Below are positions 17,740 to 28,300 of a DNA stretch of 32,829 nt, in pieces (the stretch's first letter is position 1; each line of letters opens with the position of its first letter). Made by a program: the position numbers and the translations under genes. Under the pieces are notes generated by a model that made no database searches, had not been told where the DNA came from, and worked only from the letters and a program-made list of their open reading frames with translations. The stretch comes from Promethearchaeota archaeon (GTDB lineage Archaea > Asgardarchaeota > Lokiarchaeia > Sigyniarchaeales > SOKP01): contig JAHLWS010000066.1 of assembly GCA_019057795.1 (NCBI GenBank), positions 1 to 32,829 of the forward strand, written 5' to 3'.

Positions 17740-18726
17740 ATGGATTTCAACAAACACATGAAGGAGTATCGTGAGTTTCTTCTCGATGTATACGATGATA
17801 TCATTGTAAATACCCTCACGACCAGAAAAGGCACTTTTTTAGAATTTAAGGACGATAAAATAGATATAAATAAATTTTTAATTGTGTACGAGAAATCTAG
17901 GTCGGTGTGTCGAGATTGCCAAAAGATCTTCAATAATTATGGAGTTGGATCACGATACCAAAGTTTAAAACTTCGGTTCGATTTTGAACAACGCCCGATG
18001 ACGTTCCCGAATTGGTTAGGTTCGCTTGATTTTAAAAGTCCCCATAGAAAAGACATCATGATAATAGGACAGGCGGCAGGTCCTGATATTCAAACCAATA
18101 TCAATATATCATACGGTTTGGGCAATCTCTCCTCGTGTATTGAACATAATGGCACAATGAATAACAAAAAAATCAATCTACTATTTAAGAATGTCGAAAA
18201 ACAGCTCAAAGATTACCCTAACTTTCTCAAACTACGAGAGAAAATTCAGAAAACACAAATTTCAGTTCGCAATAATCTATGGGAACGTCTTTATGACGTA
18301 TTCGATGACAATCTTGAAAAAGTTATGAATATGACCTACCTTACCGATTTAAGCAGATGTAACTATAAATCGACTAATATTTGGAGAGAATGTGCGATAA
18401 ATTGCCAAAAATATTTATTTCAAGAGATCAAGTTCATAAATCCGAAACTCATCATTTTCTTAGGAAGCGATGGGTATGAAAAGGTTAAGAAATCAAAAGA
18501 ATTTAAGGTAGAAGATGATAAAAAAGCAACTGAAAAATATAAGATTTCTAAAAATTTCCCCAAAATCGGCACAATTACTTCTCACAAAAGGGATTTGTAT
18601 ATCAAATTCGTGAAGATTTATCATAACCAACACTTTCATACTTCCCATAGCTGGAATGCAAGTATTCATATTTGGAAAGAATTATTCAGGAATGAGATTT
18701 ATCCTGTACTTGGATTTGCTATATAA
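17740..18726 (+). CDS. Uracil-DNA glycosylase superfamily protein
   Basis: IMIIGQAAGP (motif A-like), YLTDLSRC, C..YL.QEI..INPKLIIFLG, KIYHN (motif B-like). Confidence 0.75.
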   Translation: MDFNKHMKEYREFLLDVYDDIIVNTLTTRKGTFLEFKDDKIDINKFLIVYEKSRSVCRDCQKIFNNYGVGSRYQSLKLRFDFEQRPMTFPNWLGSLDFKSPHRKDIMIIGQAAGPDIQTNINISYGLGNLSSCIEHNGTMNNKKINLLFKNVEKQLKDYPNFLKLREKIQKTQISVRNNLWERLYDVFDDNLEKVMNMTYLTDLSRCNYKSTNIWRECAINCQKYLFQEIKFINPKLIIFLGSDGYEKVKKSKEFKVEDDKKATEKYKISKNFPKIGTITSHKRDLYIKFVKIYHNQHFHTSHSWNASIHIWKELFRNEIYPVLGFAI

Positions 18727-18859
18727 AACATAGATCTTGTTTTGTGTACTTTCACATTATATTCAAGTCTCTCCCACAAACCTCGGTACAGACATTTACA
18801 GCAGGCAAATAGCTGCATCTTTCCAACGAAGTTTAAGAAATCACTAAAAAAACATATAA

Positions 18860-19657
18860 CTAAAACTTAAAAGTTACTTCAAAATAGATGCTATAGGTAT
18901 AATGCGAATGGCTGTTGCCTATTGTAATGAGCTTTTCATCAACCAATTTTTCCTTTACAATAGGTTTCATCGGCTTTTCCGTTCTCTCTTCGACTTTCAT
19001 AACTTCCAGCTTTTCAACAATTTCCTCCAACTCCCACTTTTCAATCTGCTCTGGATGTTTCACTCTCATGGCGAGTCTGAAAAGTTTTGCTTTCTCGGAA
19101 TATGCTCCTGAGTCAAAAAGGGTGTAGTCCAGAAACTTGGTTGGTTTCTCTTGATAGCAAGACCATACCGCCTTTTTCACGATCTCCTGATCCGTTTCTC
19201 CCAATAAATCCACAAGAGTAATTTGCTCCCTAAATGTCTCAATGGCCTCTAACGGAATGTTAAATAAATAAGGCGTGAGTGCTTTAGATCCAATGATGGT
19301 TCTCTTTTCATTTAACCCGTTATTAATCAGAGCTCTAAGGGCGTCACCCGAATTGTGCCCTTCGACCTCTCTGCCACAAAGGATGAGATACCGTATATTT
19401 GGATTTGAAGCGATATTTGCGACTATCTTCTCTATCCCAACATTTTCAGTTTGAAGGGTGCCTGCCAATGCTGCTCCTGTTTCTATAGAAACTCTCATCA
19501 AAAGTTCTACATCTTCTGGAATGCTATCTACATTAGATGGAAGCTCTTTGTATGGCGCATTGAGCAGTACAACCACCGTCACTGGAGAATAATGATTACC
19601 TATCAGATAACATCCTGGTTCTGGGGGATAATCCTTTAATAGTTCAACTTTTAGCAT
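18860..19657 (-). CDS. mtrA: Tetrahydromethanopterin S-methyltransferase subunit A-like corrinoid protein (stand-alone, C-terminus possibly truncated)
   Basis: YPPEPG.Y..G; G...TENVGIEKIVANI.SNPNIRYLILCG.EV.GH.SG; IIGS....PY..N. Confidence 0.85.
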   Translation of the reverse strand: MLKVELLKDYPPEPGCYLIGNHYSPVTVVVLLNAPYKELPSNVDSIPEDVELLMRVSIETGAALAGTLQTENVGIEKIVANIASNPNIRYLILCGREVEGHNSGDALRALINNGLNEKRTIIGSKALTPYLFNIPLEAIETFREQITLVDLLGETDQEIVKKAVWSCYQEKPTKFLDYTLFDSGAYSEKAKLFRLAMRVKHPEQIEKWELEEIVEKLEVMKVEERTEKPMKPIVKEKLVDEKLITIGNSHSHYTYSIYFEVTFKF

Positions 19658-19731
19658 ATTAATCCTCTTTTCTACATATTTTATTAATCATATGATTATA
19701 TTTAAATACAATTATATTTTAAATTTTAAAT

Positions 19732-19995
19732 ATGCCAATTGAAGAAAAAGAAGACTCTGAAAAGATAGTTAGTAAAGTAATTGATACTAAGTCTGCGTGT
19801 TGCTATTATAATTTAATTACGCCCATAAATGAGGCCATTGCGACTATGAAATCTGATGAAATTTTAGAAATCATAGTTAAACCGAATTTGGAAAGAGAAT
19901 TTAATGAGTATGTCGAAGAAGAGGGATATGAAATCCTCGGGAAAATTAGAGATATGGATGAAATCCGTGTTAAAATTAATCCAAAAACCAAATAG
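19732..19995 (+). CDS. TusA/SirA-like small protein
   Basis: IDTKSACC...AIATMKSDEILEIIV......EEEGYEIL pattern of the TusA fold; canonical CPxP replaced by CCYY. Confidence 0.6.
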   Translation: MPIEEKEDSEKIVSKVIDTKSACCYYNLITPINEAIATMKSDEILEIIVKPNLEREFNEYVEEEGYEILGKIRDMDEIRVKINPKTK

Positions 19996-20092
19996 AATAA
20001 AAGAAGTGAGAGAATTGAAGATTTACAAACATATGTTATTATTAGAAAAAAAAAAATTTAAAAATAATTAAAGAATAATAGGTGATTAGAAA

Positions 20093-20227
20093 ATGGCAAA
20101 AAAAAAAGCAGAAGGAGATCCTAAACTTGAATCCTTACAAAAGCAATATAAAGAAGAAACTGGAAAAAACGCAATTCACTGCGGTAAATTAACTAAAGGA
20201 TTCCAAGAATGGAAATCAAAGAAATAA
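20093..20227 (+). CDS. Small basic protein (44 aa)
   Basis: MAKKKAEGDPKLESLQKQYKEETGKNAIHCGKLTKGFQEWKSKK preceded by a GGTGA RBS. Confidence 0.6.
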   Translation: MAKKKAEGDPKLESLQKQYKEETGKNAIHCGKLTKGFQEWKSKK

Positions 20228-20270
20228 GGTTAAATTTCAACCACATTATTTTTATCAAAGTATATTTTGA

Positions 20271-20468
20271 ATACAACGAATTAGAGCGAGTAGGGAATTA
20301 GATCCATTACAACAAGAAATGAAAAAAGATTTCAAGAAGTTGTAAATGAGATTAAGCAAGGCTTTAAAGAACAAAAAGCATTTCTCAAGCCAATTCCCAA
20401 TAATGAACTAAAAGAAATACAAGAAAGGAAAACAGAAAGATTAAGAGAAATAGGATTAGAATTATAAT
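20271..20468 (+). pseudogene. Frameshifted small hypothetical gene
   Basis: IQRIRASRELDPLQQEMKK then a frame change in an A-run to RFQEVVNEIKQGF...LREIGLEL*; the stop overlaps the next start codon. Confidence 0.4.
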
Positions 20469-20655
20469 GTTAGAATTTTTAGGATGCCCAATTTGTAATA
20501 GTGTTGTAAAACCAAATTACATAAAAGATAAATATGGAATAACTGAAATTAATAGCTGTTATTGTAGGCATTGTAAAAAAACATTTGAAATTAATGAACT
20601 CATTATAATAAACAAGACCAAAAAAGAATTGAAAGAGAGCAATTTAAAGATTTAA
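20467..20655 (+). CDS. Small zinc-finger protein
   Basis: CPIC...CRHC, 62 aa. Confidence 0.6.
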   Translation: MLEFLGCPICNSVVKPNYIKDKYGITEINSCYCRHCKKTFEINELIIINKTKKELKESNLKI

Positions 20656-20985
20656 CTCGTTTTATTTAAAGAATCCAATAATTGGAATAAAGAAAGAAAA
20701 AAAAATAACTATTATTATCGAAATCAGAACACAGCAACACCAAAAACAGATAGACTTTCTTTTCTCTTGTTTTCTTAGTATTTCCTTTATTTCCTTAACA
20801 TTTTTATCTATTTTCTCTAAACCTTTTTATTTTAATTCGCAAATTCTTTTAAAAAAAAAAGATTAGAAATTTAAATTTTTTAATCTGTTTATTCTAATAT
20901 GCATTGTAATTCTGGTTCTCCCACACTTCCATCTGGAAATTAATATTTTTATTGTTCTTTTCCACTAAATATATTTTATATTTCA

Positions 20986-21954
20986 TTATTGTCTTTTTTT
21001 AATTTTCTTGATTAATATAGGTGTTATAATTCCAATAATTCCCAAGAGAATTAAAGGATTGAAGCCAGGAATCTTTTCTTGTTCACCATTTCCATTTCCA
21101 TTTCCACCTTCCTCAATTGTCAAAACCTTAGAAACTTTACTCGACCATGCTCCATCATTGTCTTTAACTCTGAAATAAATTGTATGTGTTCCAATTGATA
21201 AATCACTTGCAGATTTAGTGAAATCATTAGAATTATTCAAAATTCCATCAATGCTTGAACTCCACTCGTATGCAGTTATTGTTCCATCAATATCAGTACC
21301 CGTACCTTTAAATTCAACAGTATCTACTCCTTGTTCTGCAGGACTCGGTGTAATGGAAGTAATAGTTGCTGTTGGTGCTTGATTTGGTTCATAAGTCCAT
21401 ATTAATTTTGGTCCTGGAAAAAGACTACCCATATCTCCTTCTCTTGCTCTTGCTTGAACATATCCAGTTTGTAGATAATCAGAAGCATTAAAACATATAG
21501 AAATACCATCTCCTTCTATATAATTAGTAACATCAATTGTATAAACTTTCCCTTCGGCTACCGTAAAAGTTGTAATTATTTCTCCATGTTCAGGTTTATT
21601 TAACCAATCAATTGTATATTCATCCCATGTATCATTTATCAAACTTGCAGTTACATCAAAAGTCTCTGAAACAGAATACATATCTATTGAAATCTCTGCT
21701 TTTGTCCAACCCGCTGGTTTGTCGGAAAAATTAAAATATAAATATGCTTCATTCCATCCTAAAATATAATCTCCAAATATTAACCAATCCTTTCCACCAT
21801 TATTTGAGGTTGGAGAATATGAATCCACATAACTATCTTTCTCCGCAACCGTCGATATTGTCATTGTTGATCCATTAGATACAACTGGTTGGATTAAAAA
21901 GATTGTTCCAAATATTAAAACCAAGAAAATTACGAATATTTTTTTATTTATCAT
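20986..21954 (-). CDS. Secreted/surface protein: DNRLRE(CBM96)-like domain, PKD domain and C-terminal sorting/anchor signal
   Basis: Signal peptide; DSYV...P.SN.G...AYLYF...W.E.TI.W.NKP; NQAPTA...DIDGTITAYEW...GTHTI..RVKDNDGAWS; IPGF + TM + KKIKKRQ. Confidence 0.8.
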   Translation of the reverse strand: MINKKIFVIFLVLIFGTIFLIQPVVSNGSTMTISTVAEKDSYVDSYSPTSNNGGKDWLIFGDYILGWNEAYLYFNFSDKPAGWTKAEISIDMYSVSETFDVTASLINDTWDEYTIDWLNKPEHGEIITTFTVAEGKVYTIDVTNYIEGDGISICFNASDYLQTGYVQARAREGDMGSLFPGPKLIWTYEPNQAPTATITSITPSPAEQGVDTVEFKGTGTDIDGTITAYEWSSSIDGILNNSNDFTKSASDLSIGTHTIYFRVKDNDGAWSSKVSKVLTIEEGGNGNGNGEQEKIPGFNPLILLGIIGIITPILIKKIKKRQ

Positions 21955-22126
21955 TTTAATTCCTCTTTTTTAGTATATCTTATTTTAATTCCTTTTATCT
22001 GAAATAGATAAAGGTTTGAAGTAATTAAAGTTATCTTATCGTTTGAGGGATTATATATAACTTCGCTTATATTTTGCCTCAATATTAATATTGTCGAAAT
22101 GTAAATTTAACCTTTGGGGTTTAACT

Positions 22127-22249
22127 TTATTTTTTCTTTTTATTTTTTAATTTTTTACAGAATTCATCTCTACATTTATGAGAGCAAAAGATATATTTCT
22201 TATAACAGAGCCCACTATTGTTATCCTTACCGCAATTCTCACAACAACA
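22127..22249 (-). pseudogene. TRASH/MYM-type zinc-finger gene remnant
   Basis: Manual translation CCCENCGKDNNSGLCYKKYIFCSHKCRDEFCKKLKNKKKK*; no in-frame start (TAG immediately upstream). Confidence 0.5.
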
Positions 22250-22312
22250 CTATGCTCCTATTTGCTTCCGTACAATTGATAATATAGTTGCCAACGCGAA
22301 TTCTTTTCTGAA

Positions 22313-25300
22313 TTGCCGCACTTGATAGCTCAGAACGCATTGCAATCAACTCAACGAAGTTCGGAATTATTCGATAACTTTGAGATTTATCAAGACGAAA
22401 GCTCTATAATATACGTAGCAGACATAGATATGGACGGTGAACCTGATTATAAGCAGACGATCGACGTAAACAAAGATGGAAAGATCGATGTTATTAGATA
22501 CGGTCTTGACGATCCGCAAGGTTCAGGTGAGATTTATTGGCATACGGTTATTCAAGATTTTGAAAGTCGAGAGATTAACGTAAAGCAAGAATTAGAAGAA
22601 GAGAAAAGAACCGAATGGTTTGACATAGACGACCGAATTTTCGCTTATTACGATTTTAACGTCCTGAAATTACTAGCGATTGTACTTACGTTGCCTTTGG
22701 TATCCCTACATATTACCAAAATGATGCTTCCAGACGTGGATTATTGGGCTCAAAAATCTACCCAACAATTAGTCCAGAAACAAGAGTACGTAAAGTCTTC
22801 CTTCTACAGCGTGACGATCGATAACGACAGAGATGGCTACGCCGATTCTCAGATAAATTACGAGAAAACGGATGTCAATGTATATTACGACATTAGCGAA
22901 CATAAGAAAACAATTATTGCCGCTAAGCATCAAGATATCTTTACTTTTTTAGACGATTACATTACCAAAAGCATCGATTCCTTATTCACGGGCTCCCGCG
23001 ACGATCCTATTTTTAACGACCAATTAAATAAGACCCATCTCGAATCTTCCAACTTTAGCTCCTGTAATTCGTATACCCAAAAGAATGCCGATGTTTTGCG
23101 CGCAACATACAGAAAGTTCTCTGAATATACCTTGTCGTCTTATACCGATACCCTTGAGCGCTCCACACTTACCGTAATCGACTGGAACGAGGGAGAGATC
23201 GAAGAACAAAGGATTTATACTGACGATTTTGAGAACGGAGAGATTGAGAACGCGGACGACTTTTTCTCGAGCTTATCGGCAGAGCATTCGGTGACCGATA
23301 TTGATACGGGACAAGAAGTTACCGTCGATTTCGACTCCGAATTTCCGTACACTCATCCGGCAAATATTAGTTGGGATTGCGAGACTTGGGGTCCCGATAA
23401 TGTTCCTACTAAATACGACTCCTTGCAAGTTATAAGAGAAGGTTATTATTATACTACAAACTTGTTCGAAAAAGAAATTATTATTAGAATTCCGAATCGA
23501 TTCTCGTTATATAACGATTTTGGTAAAGTTAGCAAATTTAGCGTAGAAAACGGCGGCTGGGTTGAGTTTAAGGTTAAAGGTATGCTTATTACTCCTCCCG
23601 ATGGTCAAGTATATTATACTTCCGACGTCGATTCCTTCGTTTCCGATTCAGCGAAAATTGACGGACATTATTTCTATGTGGATTCTGATCTAAATGGATT
23701 CTACGAAACGGTTTATATCCTAGATGATTACAACTATATAGATTCATCCGGTACCCCAATATATACCGTTATGTCAATAGGGATGAATTACGACGGTATT
23801 CACGATTTTGTACCTTACGAACGATTATACGATAGAGAGCTCGTAGTGTCTAACTTCGAAACTTCAACACAAGAGTCGGTCATGTTCGGAAGCGATTGGA
23901 TTTACAATTTCAGGCACTTAAAGGACATAGATCTTTTGGAAGAAACCGAATCTAGATTGGAAGAATACAACTTAAAACCAAAAGATCAACTATTTGAGAT
24001 TTATAAGCTCGTGCAAACTAGCGAGCAAAACAGCAAGTTTTCCGAATTATTCTACGAAATAAGGCACAAGACCTACTCAACCGCGTGGGAGCAATATAAA
24101 AAGCAATTAGTAGAAGATATCGCGCAGCAAGTGTTTATGTCAGTAACAGCCGCCCTTCTTAGCGCTGCGGTAGAAGCTATCCTTACTCCTGCCGGAAAAC
24201 CTATCGCGATCTTAACTTATATGGGGGTTTATACTTTAATGACCAAGTTTTACGTCGACATAGACCTTGCCAAGGCAGAAGCTGAAAAACGGTCTCAAAC
24301 TTTCTACCCTGATTCGAGCGAGACTCGTGAACCTACTTCCCTTAACGAGAAAAACCACTTAGATAGGGTTCTCGGCGATAGCATGGCAGCAGCACTCATA
24401 GGGCATCCAGGCGGATATTACACCGAGGTAAGCGGAGGAGAGCCGGGAAACACATATACAGGTCAACTACTGGTAAGCCCTCCCAACCTTTTGCGCACGC
24501 TTCATTCGTTTGAGGGCTTTTTAGATTTACTTTGGGAAAATCTCTGGAATATGGGAGAATCCGACCCCGACGTATACGCCGCACTCGATTTTGACGACAT
24601 TAATTTGGATTACTTTTTACTTACCAGCGAATTACCGTCTTACAATCAGAACCCCTATTACACCTACGAGAACGCAGACGGTATTTTTGACTTATATAAC
24701 ATGTACGCCCTCAACACTTTAGGTTATCTCGAAACACAAGTAAGCCAAGCTTCAAGCGGACAGTACGACGCGATCCGAGCAACTTGCATAGACGGAAGAC
24801 CCCAATACGAGTTTATTAATAGTACATTGTACCAAGCAGTAAGACCGCAACAAGTTTTATATAGACCTATCGTGTTAAGTCAAGAAAGATACGACCAGCT
24901 CCAACCAGCTCCGGGTAGCTTAGTCATAAACGCCCGATGTAAGGATTACAGCAACACTTACGGAATAGATCCTTACGCAATGAGCGATGTAGAGCGCGAG
25001 GTATACGAAGCAAAGGTTCCGCTCAACGACAACGGTTTTGAGTACCCGATTAGGTACATCTCAATTGACGTGGTAAAGTTTAACATTTACACCGGCGTTA
25101 GTTATTTTGTTAAGGGTCTTATCGTGAACGAGACGGATTATTCTATCGACCTCGGCAACCTCTATTTCGCAAAATCCATCGAAGCGATCGTATCGGAAAA
25201 AGATAGCGGGTTCGAGGACTTTTTAAGCTACGCGTTAGCACATGAATTAATCGAATCGAAGATTTACTTTAACGTTCACATAGTTTTTGACATGTTTATC

Positions 25301-28300
25301 CCCGACACCACCGAAGAGTCGAGCAGATTAGCTTTAGCTCAAGCCACTTCCCACACAATCATGGATTATTTCAATCAGTATGTTTTTGCGGAAGTTTCGG
25401 CTAATAGTATTTCAGAGATTACCTACACGGAGACTATGACCTTCTGGTCGACCTTAATCAGCGCACCCCTCGTGTATTTCGGCTCGTGGGCGGTAAAAGG
25501 TACTGAAGCTATGATGGGCGAGGCATCAGCAAAGTTAGTTAAAATGGGGTTAATGACTAAAGGACAAGCGATTAAACAAATGCTACTTCAATCTTTTGCC
25601 AGCATGGCTCTAAGCCCCATTAAAGAAGTATTTGAAGAAATCATTAAAGACGGGTTTACTGAAGCGCTTGCAGAAAATCTCGTGGACATGGCGGGATTAA
25701 CCGACGACTTTGGTTTCTGGGTTTCTTCCTTTATGACTTCCAGGAGAGAGACTACGGGAGCGTTGGGACAATTAGCGCTCGGAGACGCCAGCGTAGCTTT
25801 CGGAGACGCCAACTTAATGACCAAGCTTTCCCTTATTAGCGCGAGGATATCGGGGGACGCGAACGCCATCGCAGAGATCACGGCGAGCGTTAAGCAGAAC
25901 GTAGCGCAAAAACAAGCAGACGCAGATGCTAAGCGGCAACAGATGAAATCGTGGCAGAAGTTATTCAGTTCCGGTTTCTTTAAGGGACTTCTCATGGTGC
26001 TTCCCGCGGTCCTTTACGGCTCGTTCAGTTTTGCCGCTTTAAAAGGTCTTAACAACATGATCGATTCCATAGAAGGCGCAGTGCCGAAAGCGTACGCAAG
26101 ACGCATATCCCAAGTCCAAGCTTACAGAAAAGGAAAACTGCAAAATATGGTCGGAACGCAAGACTCTCTCGTTAACAACATGCAAGAACAGATGAAGAAA
26201 CCCGCCCAACTAGAAGCTGCCAAACCCGAAATCAACGAGAAACATAAAGATCAGCAAAATTTTGAAAAAGAAAATCCTCCATTAGCAGCACTCTTTTCTA
26301 AAGGTAATCCAAACCCAAAGACTGAGACGAGAAAAGATCTAGCTAATAAATTTAACACGATTGCGTTTGAAGGTTATTTTAACGAATGGATTGAAGGATA
26401 TATATTCAGCGACGAGAGATTTAAAGCTTTTAAATCAAAGTTCATACAAATTCAACGGAACTATAGAGAGATTGGATTTCAAGAAGCGGAAAAAGATGCG
26501 ATTAATGTCATCAAAGAAGCACTTGCAATAGACAAATTTAATCTAAGGTTCCTTAACATGTTCGGTGTGGAATTCTACGATCCCGATTTCGTTTTGATTG
26601 GCGCTCCTGGTCCTAGCGCTAGATCGGAAGGCTCCAGATTATGGAAGCAGAAAGCTTTTAGAGCAAAGATGACCACTTTAGACAAAGTAAACGAAATTAA
26701 GAGCTACTTCGATGTGAGCGGTGATTATGCGATGTATGTTAAATCGAGAGATGGTCAGCGCATCAACATCCCCGTAGATTCCGTGACAATTCTTGCCGAT
26801 TGGTTAACAGACCACCGCCACAGTATCGATAGCAAGATTTATGTAGCGCCGGACTCCATGAAAATTGAAGAATTCCATACTTACGATAATTGGGAAGATC
26901 ATCCAACCTATGTTTTCTTTCAAGATATGAAAGCTCTCCTTACGGGTAAGGATCCTAATGATGTTAAAGATGAGGGGATGGTCCAGTTGTTGGGGCAGAG
27001 CAGGGGGATCTTTCTCACAGCTCGACAAGACTTACAGAGAGGAACTAATTACTATTTTGACGATGCTAATCTTTACAAATGGTTATTTGTTATTAAAGAG
27101 GACCAACAATTTAAAAAAGTAAGGAATTCTTTTGAAGCTTTAGTAATGAATTATAGGAGAGCTAACGGGTTAACTCTTCAAGATCTTGATCGAGACACTT
27201 TATTAGGAGAGCTCAGGCTAGCAATTCAATATGAATCTGGTTTTGTTACTACTCGGGGTCCTTCAATTCTCAAATTGAGTGAATTTTTCTATCTCACCCC
27301 TAATCAGAAGGTGTTAAAAGGACCTCTTGAGGCTGCTACCATATCCAAGCTATTTTATGGATTATTTAGAAGGAGTTCTGGTGAATTCATATTAAAAAAT
27401 TTAGGTAAATCTCGGATTTCAGATGATATGAGGGCACCCCTAGCAGTTAAAAAGGCTCTAACAGCTATTAATAAATATTGCTTATCTAAGGGATACTTTT
27501 CTAATGTCGAACCTCTTCAAAAGTTTGTTATGCTAGGGGCTTGGCATCTATCGAATATACACGGAGGGGGTAGATACCTTGTTACTGGGCAAATAGCAAA
27601 TCTTCTTAACATTAAAAGGGGCAATATTATAAATTATCTCTCTGGTAAAAATAAGAATATAAGGGATTCTGACATTATTAATAATCTAGAAGCTTTGATT
27701 GATATCTTAAGCGAAACTATAGGAAAACGCCAAAATGAATTTTTAATGCAAACATATAATGATTTTTACACAATTAATGCTGGTATTTTTCCTGGTGTCC
27801 ATGGAATTCGATCCTCAGGATACTCTGATGATTGGAACAGTCCTGACATTGTGGCTAAACATATCGTTGAATTATGCCTTAGACAAGGAGGTCTTATGCC
27901 GGCTGGTAGACGCGGGGAGGGGGCTGATAGTTATGATGTTGAAGATCCCAAGAATAGACATCATATTATTTTCAATAAATTCTCTAGCGACGTAATGGAT
28001 CTCATACTGTTAGGGCGTTTACATTATAAGTTTACATATTCGGAGGTGAAGGGTGATTTAGACTACTACACGCGTATGCGATATATGCGCGACAGTTTCG
28101 AAGAAGCAAGGCCCCCATCATCTTGGAGTAAAAGATTGCAAGATAAATACATCGAGCGCCTTAAAGAATTTGTTACCGAATGGGAGAGTACTAAAAGTTC
28201 AATACGATATACTCATACGAGGACCGATGGAAAAGTTGAAAAAGTTGATTTTATCAAAATTAAATATGGTGGAAAGACATACAATCTAAAGGGAATGATT

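Noticed and set aside
18740-18850. FLKLRWKDAAIC on the - strand as an IS1595 transposase start
   Set aside because: Only about 12 aa, followed by a stop; no further support
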